Part shown: in pieces, positions 9,752-20,121 of the stretch
How positions within the stretch are numbered: the first letter of the stretch is position 1
Layout: each line of letters starts with the position of its first letter
NCBI GenBank assembly: GCA_017616775.1
Contig: JAFZXM010000015.1
Location: 26,495-90,494, forward strand
Length of the DNA stretch: 64,000 nt
Reading direction: 5' to 3'
From: Bacteroidales bacterium
Lineage (GTDB): Bacteria; Bacteroidota; Bacteroidia; Bacteroidales; WCHB1-69
Program-made: the position numbers and the translations under genes
The notes under the pieces: model-generated
Database searches by the model: none
Seen by the model: the letters and a program-made list of their open reading frames with translations, nothing else
Told to the model about the DNA's origin: nothing

Positions 9752-12562
9752 ATGGCAAAAAATAAATTAAAAAAAGGTATGGCCATCACTTCTTCAGTGA
9801 TTATTGTGCTATTAGCATTGCTGATTATAGTACCCATGTGCTTTCAAAAACAACTTGTGAACTTAGCACTCAAAGAAGCCAACGAACGTTTAAACGCTAC
9901 CATAACATTGGAAGACTTTCATCTTACCATGTTCCGTAATTTTCCCAACCCTACATTAAAAATAGAAAACCTCACCGTTACTTTGAAAAACGAATTTGAA
10001 GGAGACACTTTAATCCAAGCACAAAAAGCCTTTGCTTGTGTGAATTTGCTGAGTTTTTTCTCCGACCGATATCAAATCAACGAAGTTTCGCTCAACCATG
10101 TATGCGCTAATTTGAAAACAGACGAATACGGATTTTCCAATTGGAACATATTACCACCGGACACGGCTCCGAAAGAACCTTCCAAATTCAATTTGGACAT
10201 GGACAAAATCAAAATCAAAAAAACAGACATACATTATGCTGATTATGAAAGCAATATGTTTGCCGATATTTATAATTTGGATTTTACGCTCAAAGGAAAT
10301 CTATCGGATGCCTCCACCCGCTTAACAACCGCTTTCACCACCGATTCCGTTGACTTCAAAATGAGCGGTGTCAAATATCTGCACAAAGCGGAAGTGGCTT
10401 TTTCCGGTGATATAGACGCCGATTTCGACGCAAAAAAATACGCCATTGCCGACAATCAACTTCGAATCAATGCTTTACTGTTGGAATTAGCAGGATGGAT
10501 TGCCCTTCCTGAAAACGACGGTATTGATATGGACCTTCAACTTCATATGCCGCAAAATAACTTCAAAAACATCCTTTCGCTCATTCCCGGCATATACAGA
10601 AAAAATTTCAAAGATATAAAAGTAACGGGCAATGTCAACTTATCTGCCTATGCAAAAGGTAAATTAAAAGACAATTCTTATCCCGCTTTCGGTGCAACAT
10701 TAGGTGTTAACAGCGCTTCGTTCCAATATCCTTCATTACCCGAAAAAGTAAAAAATATCAATATCAATGCCAATGTAAGCAATCCCGGTGGCAGTTTAAA
10801 CAACACCATTGTCAACATCAACAAACTCCACTTTGAAATCATCAACAATCCTTTCAATCTTACTGCACTCATCCGCACTCCTCTGACCGATCCTTTTGTG
10901 AATGCAACGTTAAACGGCAAAATCAATCTCGGAGATATTAAAAAAGTATATCCTTTTGATGAAAACACCGATTTAAACGGATTGTTTTCCATGGATTTGG
11001 CTGTTAAAGGAATGGTTTCCTATTTGGAAAAGAAACAATACGACAAATTTGAAGCCAAAGGCAATATGAGCATTAAAGATGTGAAAATGAAAAATACCGA
11101 TATGTTCAATCAGGATGTGGAAATTTCGGAAGCCTTTCTTATATTCAATCCCGCATATGCACAACTCACATCTTGCAACGCCACTATCGGACGTAACGAC
11201 ATTCAACTTGCCGGCAGGATAGACAACTATATTCCTTATATTTTCAAAGACGGCATATTGAACGGTAATTTAACCCTTACTTCCCGATATTTTAATTTAA
11301 ACGATTTCGCTTCCTCCGAAGATGAAATTCCTGCTCAGGACACCACCTCTGATGAGTTGGAGCTCATTCAGGTACCTAAAAATTTCAACATCACGGCTAC
11401 CGCAAAAATAGAACAACTTATCTATGAGCGTATAGTGATGAAAAAAGCGAATGTAAACGGTACCGTTAAAAATCAAAGGCTTACCATCAATGACTTAAGT
11501 GCCGACATGTTTAACGGCAATATCGGTGTGAAAGGATATTACGAAACGCCTTCTTTAATCAGAGGCAAAACGGATTTAAATATCAATATCAAAGATATCT
11601 CTACCAGAGAATTATGCCGTTCCTTCAGCATGTTTGACCGCTATATGCCCATATTGAACAAGCTCAACAGCAATGCCAACGTACGGCTCACCTGCAATGC
11701 TGACTTAAAAGAAACCATGCGCCCCGATTACAGCACGCTCAATTCGCAAGGTTCTTTGTCTCTCACTAAAATATACGTGCAGGGATTGGATATAATACAA
11801 CAAATCACCTCACAATTAAAATTGGACAAATACGCCAGTTTTTATATCCCGAATTTAATTGTCAACTATACCATTGAAAACGGAAAAATGCTGACCAAAC
11901 CTTTCCAATTCAAAGTAGATCAGGTTACTGTCAATGTAGAAAACGGCAGTGTAGGTTTGGACCAATCGCTTGACTATACAGCCATTATCACCATGCCTAC
12001 CGGCATCATGGGGGCTCAAACCATTGCCACGGCACAACAGCTCATCAACCAAGCCAATGCTGTAGGTGCCAATCTTTCCATGGGCAATGAAGTGAAATTT
12101 GCCGTAAAAATAGGCGGCTCCATAAAATCTCCCACTGTAAGCATAGGTTTGGACAAGGCCCGCAACATGATCAAGGAAACCATCACCCAAAAAGCGGAAG
12201 AAGGTAAAGAAAAAGTGGTGAATGCAGCCAAGGAAAAAGTGAATACGGCATTAGAAGAAGCTCAAAAACAGGCAGATTTGCTGTTAAGCAATGCCCAAAA
12301 GAAAGCCGACGAACTGATACAGTTACAAAAAGCAGCCAACGATTCATTGATAGCCAAGGCTCAGGCAGAAGCGGACAAAATGGTGGCTGCCGCCACCAAT
12401 CCCATAGAAAAACTGGCCAAACAAAAGGCTGCGGACGTGTTGATAGCCGAAGCTAAAAAAACTGCCGAAAAGCAAACCGCCGCCACCAAAGCCAAAACAG
12501 ACAAACTCATCGCCGACGCCAAAGCCCAAGGCGACGCTGCCATAGCCAAAGCCAAACGATAA
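9752..12562 (+). CDS. AsmA-family outer-membrane assembly protein with a Lys/Ala-rich C-terminal extension
   Basis: Has an N-terminal TM anchor followed by a long beta-rich repetitive body typical of AsmA/TamB-like proteins. The ATG at 9752 is preferred over the TTG at 9746. Confidence 0.65.
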   Translation: MAKNKLKKGMAITSSVIIVLLALLIIVPMCFQKQLVNLALKEANERLNATITLEDFHLTMFRNFPNPTLKIENLTVTLKNEFEGDTLIQAQKAFACVNLLSFFSDRYQINEVSLNHVCANLKTDEYGFSNWNILPPDTAPKEPSKFNLDMDKIKIKKTDIHYADYESNMFADIYNLDFTLKGNLSDASTRLTTAFTTDSVDFKMSGVKYLHKAEVAFSGDIDADFDAKKYAIADNQLRINALLLELAGWIALPENDGIDMDLQLHMPQNNFKNILSLIPGIYRKNFKDIKVTGNVNLSAYAKGKLKDNSYPAFGATLGVNSASFQYPSLPEKVKNININANVSNPGGSLNNTIVNINKLHFEIINNPFNLTALIRTPLTDPFVNATLNGKINLGDIKKVYPFDENTDLNGLFSMDLAVKGMVSYLEKKQYDKFEAKGNMSIKDVKMKNTDMFNQDVEISEAFLIFNPAYAQLTSCNATIGRNDIQLAGRIDNYIPYIFKDGILNGNLTLTSRYFNLNDFASSEDEIPAQDTTSDELELIQVPKNFNITATAKIEQLIYERIVMKKANVNGTVKNQRLTINDLSADMFNGNIGVKGYYETPSLIRGKTDLNINIKDISTRELCRSFSMFDRYMPILNKLNSNANVRLTCNADLKETMRPDYSTLNSQGSLSLTKIYVQGLDIIQQITSQLKLDKYASFYIPNLIVNYTIENGKMLTKPFQFKVDQVTVNVENGSVGLDQSLDYTAIITMPTGIMGAQTIATAQQLINQANAVGANLSMGNEVKFAVKIGGSIKSPTVSIGLDKARNMIKETITQKAEEGKEKVVNAAKEKVNTALEEAQKQADLLLSNAQKKADELIQLQKAANDSLIAKAQAEADKMVAAATNPIEKLAKQKAADVLIAEAKKTAEKQTAATKAKTDKLIADAKAQGDAAIAKAKR

Positions 12563-12581
12563 TAAAAAAAACACCGATTTT

Positions 12582-13358
12582 ATGAAAACCAAAGAAGAGA
12601 TAGTTAACAATTGGCTTACCCGCTATACCGGTTTGCCCATTGAGCAATTCGGTGAATATATATTACTCACCAATTTCAGGTCTTATGTAGAACTTTTTGC
12701 CGAACGGCACCAAGTGGATATTATAGGCGATAACCGCACTATGGTGAATGCCACCGCCAACAATATCACTATCATAGATTTTTCCATGGGCAGTCCCATG
12801 GCGGCCACCATCATGGATTTACTTACAGCCATCAAGCCCAAAGCGGTGCTGTTTTTAGGCAAATGCGGAGGATTAAAAAAAGTGGTTCATGTAGGTGACT
12901 TTATCATTCCCATAGCCGCTGTACGCGGTGAAGGTACCTCCAACGACTATCTGCCTCCTGAAGTGCCTGCTTTGCCCGCTTTCAGTCTGCAAAAAACCAC
13001 CTCCAGCACCATACGGGACTTGGGAAAAGACTATTGGACAGGCACCATCTATTCCACCAACCGACGGGTTTGGGAACATGATGAAAACTTTAAAGAATAT
13101 CTTCGGAAAATACGCGTTTTGGGCATAGACATGGAAACAGCCACCCTGTTCAGCGTGGGATTCTATAACCGTATTCCGACGGGAGCTGTTCTGCTTATCA
13201 GTGATAAACCCATGGTTGCAGAAGGTATCAAAACAGAGCAAAGCGACCAAAAAGTAAATCAGGAATATATGCTTCTGCATTTGGAAATCGGCATACGCTC
13301 ATTGGAAAAATTGATGGAAGACAATATCACCATAAAACACTTACGCTTTGAATACTAA
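12582..13358 (+). CDS. amn: AMP nucleosidase (short PNP/UDP-phosphorylase-fold form)
   Basis: The N-terminus (MKTKEEIVNNWLTRYTG...FGEYILLTNF) and the nucleoside-phosphorylase core (GIDMETATLF) resemble the approximately 258-aa AMP nucleosidases of Bacteroidota. This is recalled from memory. Confidence 0.65.
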   Translation: MKTKEEIVNNWLTRYTGLPIEQFGEYILLTNFRSYVELFAERHQVDIIGDNRTMVNATANNITIIDFSMGSPMAATIMDLLTAIKPKAVLFLGKCGGLKKVVHVGDFIIPIAAVRGEGTSNDYLPPEVPALPAFSLQKTTSSTIRDLGKDYWTGTIYSTNRRVWEHDENFKEYLRKIRVLGIDMETATLFSVGFYNRIPTGAVLLISDKPMVAEGIKTEQSDQKVNQEYMLLHLEIGIRSLEKLMEDNITIKHLRFEY

Positions 13359-13441
13359 TAATTTACAAACTACCCGAAGCTCATTTTACCGCCAACAAAG
13401 AAAAAAAAACGAAAAAGCGGGTTTTATATAATAAAAAATAC

Positions 13442-13449
13442 TACCTTTG
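13442..13449 (+). promoter_or_regulatory. -7 promoter box (TACCTTTG) for rpsO
   Basis: Matches TAnnTTTG, 52 nt upstream of the rpsO ATG. Confidence 0.5.
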
Positions 13450-13500
13450 CAGTTTGAATTAGAGAGATAAGAAAAAGATAAAAATTAAAGTAAATCAGTT

Positions 13501-13770
13501 ATGTATTTAACACCTGAAGTAAAGAAAGACATTTTTAAAGAATTTGGAAAATCCGAATTTGACACCGGCTGTATTGAAGGTCAAATAGCATTATTCACAT
13601 TCCGCATCAAACATTTGACCCAGCATGTGAAAGAAAATCATACCGACCTGAACACCAACCGTTCTTTAGTCCGTTTGGTAGGTAAAAGAAAAAAACTTTT
13701 AAACTATTTGAAACGCACCGATATCGAAAGATATAGAGCAGTGGTTAAAAAACTCGGTTTAAGAAAATAA
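13501..13770 (+). CDS. rpsO: 30S ribosomal protein S15
   Basis: The 89-aa product contains ...FGKSEFDTG..EGQIALFT.RI.HLT.H...N.+D..S.R.L..LVGKR++LL.YL. Confidence 0.95.
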   Translation: MYLTPEVKKDIFKEFGKSEFDTGCIEGQIALFTFRIKHLTQHVKENHTDLNTNRSLVRLVGKRKKLLNYLKRTDIERYRAVVKKLGLRK

Positions 13771-13790
13771 TTTGTTTTCATATACAAGAA

Positions 13791-13816
13791 AAAGGGCAAA
13801 TCATTTGCCTTTTTTT
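13791..13816 (+). terminator. rpsO terminator/attenuator hairpin ahead of pnp
   Basis: The sequence is GGCAAA-tca-TTTGCC followed by TTTTTTT. Confidence 0.6.
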
Positions 13817-13875
13817 GTATATATTATTCACATGCAAACGCATAGCGTTCAATATTAACCAGATAAAACAGAATA

Positions 13876-16098
13876 ATGATGATAGTTACAAAAACATTTG
13901 ATATCGGTGACGGCAGACAAGTTACCATAGAAACCGGCAAATTGGCCAAACAAGCTGACGGTTCGGTAGTAGTAAAAATGGGCAATACCATGTTGCTGGC
14001 TACAGTATGTAGCAAAAAAGAGGCCGTGGAAGGCACCGATTTTATGCCTCTTTCGGTAGAATACCAAGAGAAATATGCAGCAGTAGGCCGCTTCCCCGGC
14101 GGATTTTTCAAACGGGAAGCCCGTCCTTCCAACTATGAAATTCTCATAGCCCGTTTGGTGGACCGTGCATTGCGTCCTTTATTCCCCGATGATTACCACG
14201 CAGAAACACAAGTATTGGTAACCTTAATTTCGGGCGACAAAAACGAATTGCCCGATGCATTGGCAGGATTGGCTGCTTCGGCAGCACTCACTTTAAGTGA
14301 CATTCCTTTCCATGGTCCCATTTCCGAAGTGCGCGTAGCCCGTATTGACGGAAAATATTGTATCAACCCCACCGCCTCTGAATTGGAAAACGCCGATTTG
14401 GACTTAATAGTGGCCGCTTCCATGGACAATATCATGATGGTGGAAGGTGAAATGAATGAAGTGCAAGAAGCGGATTTATTGGAAGCTTTGAAAACGGCTC
14501 ATGCCGCTATTAAAATACAATGCCAAGCACAACTTGACATGGTAAAAGACGTGGAAAAAGCACAAAACAAACGTGAATATTGCCACGAAACCAACGACGA
14601 AGAGCTGAAAGAAAGAGTAAGACGCGAAACTTACGACAAAGTGGTGGCTATAGCATCCCGCACCACTACCAAACAAGAAAGAACAGAAGCTTTTGAGCAA
14701 ATAGTGGCCGACTTTATGGAAACCATTCCTGAAGAAGAAAGAGAAGAAAAGGCTCCTATGGTAGACCGTTACTATCATGAGGTGGAATGGGAAGCCGTTC
14801 GTAATGTGGTATTGGATACCCGCATTCGTTTAGACGGCCGTCAATTGGATCAAATTCGTCCCATTTGGTGTGAAGTGGACTATTTGCCTTCGGCTCATGG
14901 CTCCGCCATTTTCACCCGCGGTGAAACACAATCGTTGAGCACCTGTACTTTGGGTACGAAAATGGACGAACAAATCATAGACGGTGCCATTATAGAAGGC
15001 ACTTGCGATTTCTTATTGCACTATAACTTTCCTCCTTTTGCCACCGGCGAAGTAAAACCCATCAGAAGCACAGGAAGAAGGGAAATAGGTCATGGCAACC
15101 TGGCTATGCGTGCCATCAAGCCCATGTTGCCGTCTAAAGACGATTGTCCTTACACCATCCGCGTGGTATCCGACATTTTGGAATCCAACGGTTCCTCCTC
15201 TATGGCTACCGTATGTGCAGGCACTATGGCCTTGTTGGACGCAGGCGTAAAACTCAAAAAACCCGTATCCGGCATTGCCATGGGTATGATTAGCGACTCC
15301 GCCACAGGAAGATACGCCATCCTTTCCGATATTTTGGGAGATGAAGACCATTTAGGCGATATGGATTTTAAAGTGTGCGGAAGTGCAGACGGTATCACTG
15401 CCTGTCAAATGGATATCAAAGTGGAAGGCTTATCTTATGAAGTGTTGGCAGAAGCATTGGAACAGGCAAGAAAAGGCCGTTTGTATATATTAAGCAAATT
15501 GACGGAAACCATTCCTCAAGCCAGAGAAGATTACAAACCGTTTGTTCCCCGTATTGTTAAAATGACTATCCCGAAAGACTTCATCGGAGCCGTAATAGGA
15601 CCGGGAGGTAAAGTAATACAAGAAATGCAAAAAGAAACCAACACCATTATCACCATCACCGAAGACGATACGGCAGGTATTGTGGAAATAGCATCGGCAG
15701 ACAAAGCATCCATAGATGCAGCCGTAGCCCGTATTAAAGCAATAGTGGCTGTTCCTGAAGTGGGTGAAATATATCATGGTCAAGTAAAAAGCATATTATC
15801 GTTCGGCGCCTTTGTAGAAATATTACCCGGTAAAGACGGATTGCTCCACGTATCGGAATTGGACTACAAACGTGTTGAAAACGTAGAAGATGTGCTGAAA
15901 GTGGGTGACTATGTGGATGTGAAATTATTGGAAATAGACGAAAAAACGGGCAAACTCCGTTTGTCCAGAAGAGCCCTTATGGAAAAACCGGAAGGATGGG
16001 TGGAAGAAGAACCCCGCAACAACCATAGCGGCAACCGTCATAAAGATCATGGTCACAAACACGCCCACCGTAACCACGACCATAAAAAAGAAGAATAA
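13876..16098 (+). CDS. pnp: Polynucleotide phosphorylase with a His/Lys-rich C-terminal tail
   Basis: Two RNase PH domains, a KH domain ([10 protein letters not shown]) and an S1 domain ([15 protein letters not shown]) are visible. Confidence 0.95.
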   Translation: MMIVTKTFDIGDGRQVTIETGKLAKQADGSVVVKMGNTMLLATVCSKKEAVEGTDFMPLSVEYQEKYAAVGRFPGGFFKREARPSNYEILIARLVDRALRPLFPDDYHAETQVLVTLISGDKNELPDALAGLAASAALTLSDIPFHGPISEVRVARIDGKYCINPTASELENADLDLIVAASMDNIMMVEGEMNEVQEADLLEALKTAHAAIKIQCQAQLDMVKDVEKAQNKREYCHETNDEELKERVRRETYDKVVAIASRTTTKQERTEAFEQIVADFMETIPEEEREEKAPMVDRYYHEVEWEAVRNVVLDTRIRLDGRQLDQIRPIWCEVDYLPSAHGSAIFTRGETQSLSTCTLGTKMDEQIIDGAIIEGTCDFLLHYNFPPFATGEVKPIRSTGRREIGHGNLAMRAIKPMLPSKDDCPYTIRVVSDILESNGSSSMATVCAGTMALLDAGVKLKKPVSGIAMGMISDSATGRYAILSDILGDEDHLGDMDFKVCGSADGITACQMDIKVEGLSYEVLAEALEQARKGRLYILSKLTETIPQAREDYKPFVPRIVKMTIPKDFIGAVIGPGGKVIQEMQKETNTIITITEDDTAGIVEIASADKASIDAAVARIKAIVAVPEVGEIYHGQVKSILSFGAFVEILPGKDGLLHVSELDYKRVENVEDVLKVGDYVDVKLLEIDEKTGKLRLSRRALMEKPEGWVEEEPRNNHSGNRHKDHGHKHAHRNHDHKKEE

Positions 16099-16120
16099 AG
16101 TTTCATTTTATTTACGTTAG

Positions 16121-16154
16121 GGATGACTTGAAATTTTAAGTCATCCTTTTTTTT
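16121..16154 (+). terminator. Rho-independent terminator after pnp
   Basis: The sequence is GGATGACTT-gaaatttt-AAGTCATCC followed by TTTTTTTT. Confidence 0.75.
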
Positions 16155-16178
16155 AACCGGCCGAATATAAAAAAAATG

Positions 16179-16186
16179 TATATTTG
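16179..16186 (+). promoter_or_regulatory. -7 promoter box (TATATTTG)
   Basis: Matches TAnnTTTG upstream of the ATG at 16253. Confidence 0.4.
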
Positions 16187-16252
16187 CAAAATATAATTCA
16201 GCCTTCAGAAAGAATATACAGGTCTTGTCGATTTATCACAAAAACAATCACC

Positions 16253-16975
16253 ATGCACGAAGCAACAGAACAAAGAAAAAAAAGAAAAAAAATATTAATC
16301 ATTATCCTCATTTTATTGATAGCTGTCATCATAGCCCTATTATGGAAAACGGGGGTGATGCATAGGGAAAAATGTTCCGATGCAATTCAAGAGCAAACAC
16401 AGGTGGTACAAGAAACCGCCGATACCACAGCCGATTCTGCTTCGGACACATCCGACATTGAATATCAATCCATTCAAAATGAGGAAGCACAATCTCATAA
16501 CGACCCGTCGTACAAAAGCGAAAAAACTGTCACCGTTTCCCAAGAAAAGGCAACAACACGCAGTGGTGCCACTGCTTCTTCTAACACAAGCGCACGCGAA
16601 CACCCGTCCTCCCTGCCCGAAACAAATGAGACGGAAATTTTCGCCACAGCCACCAATTCCGATGCACTTACATTGGTATTATACGATAAAGACTGGATTC
16701 AACCATCAGCAATGATTGCACTCAAAAACAACACAGCCCACACCGTCACCTTTGTTTCAGGGCGGATATTATATTACGATATGAATGATAACATATTGGA
16801 TTCTATGGACTTTACAAAATCCATCACCATAGAACCCGACAAGGTGAGAAGGTTTATCATAGACGGTTTTCGCGCTTATGAAGAATATGCTTATTATAAA
16901 AATAAAACATCCCCTTCCCATCCTGACCGCAAATATAAGGTAAAATTCAAGCTAAAATCATATAAAACCAATTAA
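16253..16975 (+). CDS. Hypothetical membrane-anchored protein: TM helix, Ser/Thr/Glu-rich linker, and a C-terminal domain of about 110 aa
   Basis: The ATG at 16253 (MHEATEQRKKRKKILIIILILLIAVIIALLW) gives a basic patch followed by a TM helix. The longer TTG-initiated frame starts inside the promoter box. Confidence 0.5.
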   Translation: MHEATEQRKKRKKILIIILILLIAVIIALLWKTGVMHREKCSDAIQEQTQVVQETADTTADSASDTSDIEYQSIQNEEAQSHNDPSYKSEKTVTVSQEKATTRSGATASSNTSAREHPSSLPETNETEIFATATNSDALTLVLYDKDWIQPSAMIALKNNTAHTVTFVSGRILYYDMNDNILDSMDFTKSITIEPDKVRRFIIDGFRAYEEYAYYKNKTSPSHPDRKYKVKFKLKSYKTN

Positions 16976-16988
16976 TACAACAAGATAT

Positions 16989-17363
16989 ATGAACAATAAA
17001 AGAACCACACCCGCATATATTTCCGAATTACAGCCTGACGAAATTTTTGTCTTCGGCAGCAATCTGCAAGGCATGCATGGTGGCGGAGCTGCCCGTGTTG
17101 CCTACCGCATGTTCGGTGCCGTTATGGGGCAAGGCGTAGGCTTGCAAGGGCAAAGCTATGCCATACCTACAATGCAGGGAGGCGTAGAAACTATCCGGCC
17201 TTATGTGGACGAGTTTATTGCATTTGCCAAGGAGCACAAGGAACTCACCTTCCTTGTCACCCGTATCGGTTGCGGCATTGCAGGATTCACCGATGATGAA
17301 ATATCTCCTCTTTTTTCAGAAGCCCACAATGTGGAAAACATTGTGCTGCCTGAAGGTTGGTAA
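16989..17363 (+). CDS. Small macro-like protein of the kind annotated as a phage-associated 'non-structural protein'
   Basis: IFVFGSNLQGMHGGGAARVA resembles the macro-domain N..N....GGG motif, and RIGCGIAGF resembles the second macro phosphate-binding loop. The product is 124 aa. Confidence 0.5.
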   Translation: MNNKRTTPAYISELQPDEIFVFGSNLQGMHGGGAARVAYRMFGAVMGQGVGLQGQSYAIPTMQGGVETIRPYVDEFIAFAKEHKELTFLVTRIGCGIAGFTDDEISPLFSEAHNVENIVLPEGW

Positions 17364-17495
17364 TAAACGTCTTTAACCAAAACAAGACAAGCTCCGGCAT
17401 CTTCAAAACATTATCTGTCCGTTGCTGTTGTCCTCTATAACAAAAGAGAATAGCATTTTATCGGGAAGTTTTTTTTTAGGCAGGATTTTTTTTTG

Positions 17496-17503
17496 TATAT
17501 TTG
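17496..17503 (+). promoter_or_regulatory. -7 promoter box (TATATTTG)
   Basis: Matches TAnnTTTG, 34 nt upstream of the ATG at 17537. Confidence 0.45.
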
Positions 17504-17536
17504 CATTTTGTTTTATATGTAAAAATCAATAATAAG

Positions 17537-18469
17537 ATGAAGAGATTATATATTTTAGCCATTGCCGCTTTATTATTTTCAGCATGCAACAATAATGAAA
17601 AAATGCTAAAAGAACGTGCCGCCGAATTGTGCAAATACATTCCCGACCACGAATTGCAGGAACAGGCGAAAGACTATATGACGGCCGATTTTCATGCCGT
17701 TTTGGATACCATGTTCAATCGCTTGCCGGAATTTGAAGCCATGGACCACGAATGGCTATATTATTTTGTAACGGGCAATGGCGGAACCATTGCGGATTAT
17801 GAGGTGGAAAGCATAGAACAAACCGATGACACCCACGCTGTGGCCACTATCAAGGTTCGCCAAAAATGGGAAGACGGTTCCTTTGACGAATCATCTGATG
17901 TTGAAGAACACCGTCTCTATATGGAGAAGGTTAACGGTCAATGGCTGATGTCGGATTTTGACGGACACAAGCAGGACTGCATTAACTATATCGCCAACAA
18001 TCGCAAGGAGCAAGCGCTCCGCGATGCAATAAGCGATTATTTGGTTAAAGAAATCGGTCAGCACTACTCCCAAAGCGACTGTTGTATTCCCACTCTCATG
18101 CTTGTATCCACAGAAGAACAGAATGCGGAACAGATGCTCGTATGGGGCGATTTTTGGGTGATGTGGTACCAACTGTCCGGAGACACCCTCAAAACCATAT
18201 CAGGAGGCAATCATACAGGCTGTATGAGCGTACAACAGCAAGGCGCATCATTCATTGTTACGGCTTTTGAACAAACTGAAGACGGTGCCGGCTACGAAGC
18301 CAGCGCCAAGCGTATCTTCGGCAAGCATTACGATGTTTACCGGAATATGCATTCGAATGAAAATGTCCGTCAAGCCGTGCGCAAGGAACAACTTCAAGAA
18401 TATATACACCGCAACGGCATCAAGGCAAAATATTATCAAGATTACGGCCGGGAGGCGGTAGCATTATAA
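17537..18469 (+). CDS. Hypothetical lipoprotein, N-terminal half possibly NTF2-like
   Basis: MKRLYILAIAALLFSAC is a lipoprotein signal peptide. No catalytic motif was recognised. Confidence 0.55.
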   Translation: MKRLYILAIAALLFSACNNNEKMLKERAAELCKYIPDHELQEQAKDYMTADFHAVLDTMFNRLPEFEAMDHEWLYYFVTGNGGTIADYEVESIEQTDDTHAVATIKVRQKWEDGSFDESSDVEEHRLYMEKVNGQWLMSDFDGHKQDCINYIANNRKEQALRDAISDYLVKEIGQHYSQSDCCIPTLMLVSTEEQNAEQMLVWGDFWVMWYQLSGDTLKTISGGNHTGCMSVQQQGASFIVTAFEQTEDGAGYEASAKRIFGKHYDVYRNMHSNENVRQAVRKEQLQEYIHRNGIKAKYYQDYGREAVAL

Positions 18470-18495
18470 ACAAAAAACATTAATTATACTATTCA

Positions 18496-20022
18496 ATGGG
18501 CCCAAAAGTAAGAGTTAGATTTGCACCGAGTCCTACAGGTGCATTACATATAGGTGGTGTAAGAACGGCATTATACAATTATTTGTTTGCACGCCAACAC
18601 AACGGCAAGTTGATATTAAGAATAGAAGACACCGATTCCACCCGATTTGTTCCCGGTGCGGAAGAATACATTATTGAATCGTTCCAATGGTTGGGTATCT
18701 CCTTTGACGAAGGCGTGCATATTCCCAATGACAAGGGTATTTCCTATCGGCAATCGGAGCGCAAACCCATATATAAACAATATGCGGAACAACTATTGCA
18801 AGACGGCCGTGCCTATATAGCCTTTGACACACCTGCACAAATAGAAGAAAAACGCAACACCATATCCAACTTTCAATACGACAGTTCCACCCGCATGGGC
18901 ATGTGCAACAGTCTCACCCTTTCACCCGAAGAGGTGAACATGCGCATGGAACGCGGGGACCAATATGTGATACGTATCAAGATAGAGCCTCATGAAGATA
19001 TAGTGGTACATGATATGATATGCGGGGATGTGTGCATTAATTCTTCCGTATTGGACGACAAGGTTCTTTGGAAATCGTCAGACGGTCTTCCCACCTATCA
19101 TTTAGCCAATATAGTGGATGACCATTTGATGGAAATATCCCATGTCATACGGGGTTCGGAATGGTTGCCCTCTGCCCCGCTGCATGTGTTGTTATATCAA
19201 TATTTGGGTTGGGGTAACTGCATGCCGCAATTTGCCCACCTGCCGCTTATTCTCAAACCCGACGGCAACGGCAAACTCAGCAAACGGGACGGAGACCGAT
19301 TAGGATTTCCTGTTTTTCCGCTGCAATGGACAGACCCTAAAACAGGAGACACCTCCATAGGTTATAGAGAACAAGGCTATCTGCCGCAAGCCGTTATCAA
19401 CTTTTTGGCACTGCTGGGCTGGAACCCGGGCACAGAGCAAGAAATATTTTCCATGGACGAACTTGTACAAGCTTTTTCTTTGGAACGTGTGAGCAAATCC
19501 GGAGCAAAATTCGACTTTGAAAAAGCAAAATGGTTTAATCACAAATACTTACAGGCAATACCATTGGAAAGCATCAGTGACGAATTTACCAAAATACTCC
19601 AAACCAAGAACATAACAGCCCCACGGGAATACACACAAAAGGTGGTTGCCTTAATGCGGGAAAGGGTGAACTTTGTTAATGAATTATGGGATCAATGCGC
19701 TTTCTTTTTCGAAGCGCCTTCCGAATACGACCCGCAAGCGGTAAAAAAACGTTGGAAACCGAATACGGACAAGCACCTTAATGCCATATCCGGCATTATC
19801 AACAGCATACAACCCTTTGACAAACAAAAAGCTCACGACCTTACCATGCAATATATCACCGATAATGAGTTGAATACCGGTCAAATCATGAATTCCCTCC
19901 GTCTTTCTTTAGTGGGGCAAACCAAAGGTCCTGATTTGTTTGAAATCATAGACATGCTGGGTGTACAAGAAACCATACAACGCATACAAAGAGCAGTTAA
20001 AAACATACATATAGAAGCATAA
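18496..20022 (+). CDS. gltX: Glutamate--tRNA ligase
   Basis: Contains [14 protein letters not shown] (a HIGH-type motif), KLSKR (the KMSKS motif) and the class I GluRS architecture. Confidence 0.95.
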   Translation: MGPKVRVRFAPSPTGALHIGGVRTALYNYLFARQHNGKLILRIEDTDSTRFVPGAEEYIIESFQWLGISFDEGVHIPNDKGISYRQSERKPIYKQYAEQLLQDGRAYIAFDTPAQIEEKRNTISNFQYDSSTRMGMCNSLTLSPEEVNMRMERGDQYVIRIKIEPHEDIVVHDMICGDVCINSSVLDDKVLWKSSDGLPTYHLANIVDDHLMEISHVIRGSEWLPSAPLHVLLYQYLGWGNCMPQFAHLPLILKPDGNGKLSKRDGDRLGFPVFPLQWTDPKTGDTSIGYREQGYLPQAVINFLALLGWNPGTEQEIFSMDELVQAFSLERVSKSGAKFDFEKAKWFNHKYLQAIPLESISDEFTKILQTKNITAPREYTQKVVALMRERVNFVNELWDQCAFFFEAPSEYDPQAVKKRWKPNTDKHLNAISGIINSIQPFDKQKAHDLTMQYITDNELNTGQIMNSLRLSLVGQTKGPDLFEIIDMLGVQETIQRIQRAVKNIHIEA

Positions 20023-20075
20023 GGCGGCAAATTAAAAAAAACTTGCCGTGCAAGGTTTTGTATTATTTTTTTTAC

Positions 20076-20083
20076 TATCTTTG
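20076..20083 (+). promoter_or_regulatory. -7 promoter box (TATCTTTG) for rplY
   Basis: Matches TAnnTTTG, 39 nt upstream of the ATG at 20122. Confidence 0.5.
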
Positions 20084-20121
20084 CACTCTCAATTTTTAAT
20101 ATTTTTTTAAACGTATACACA

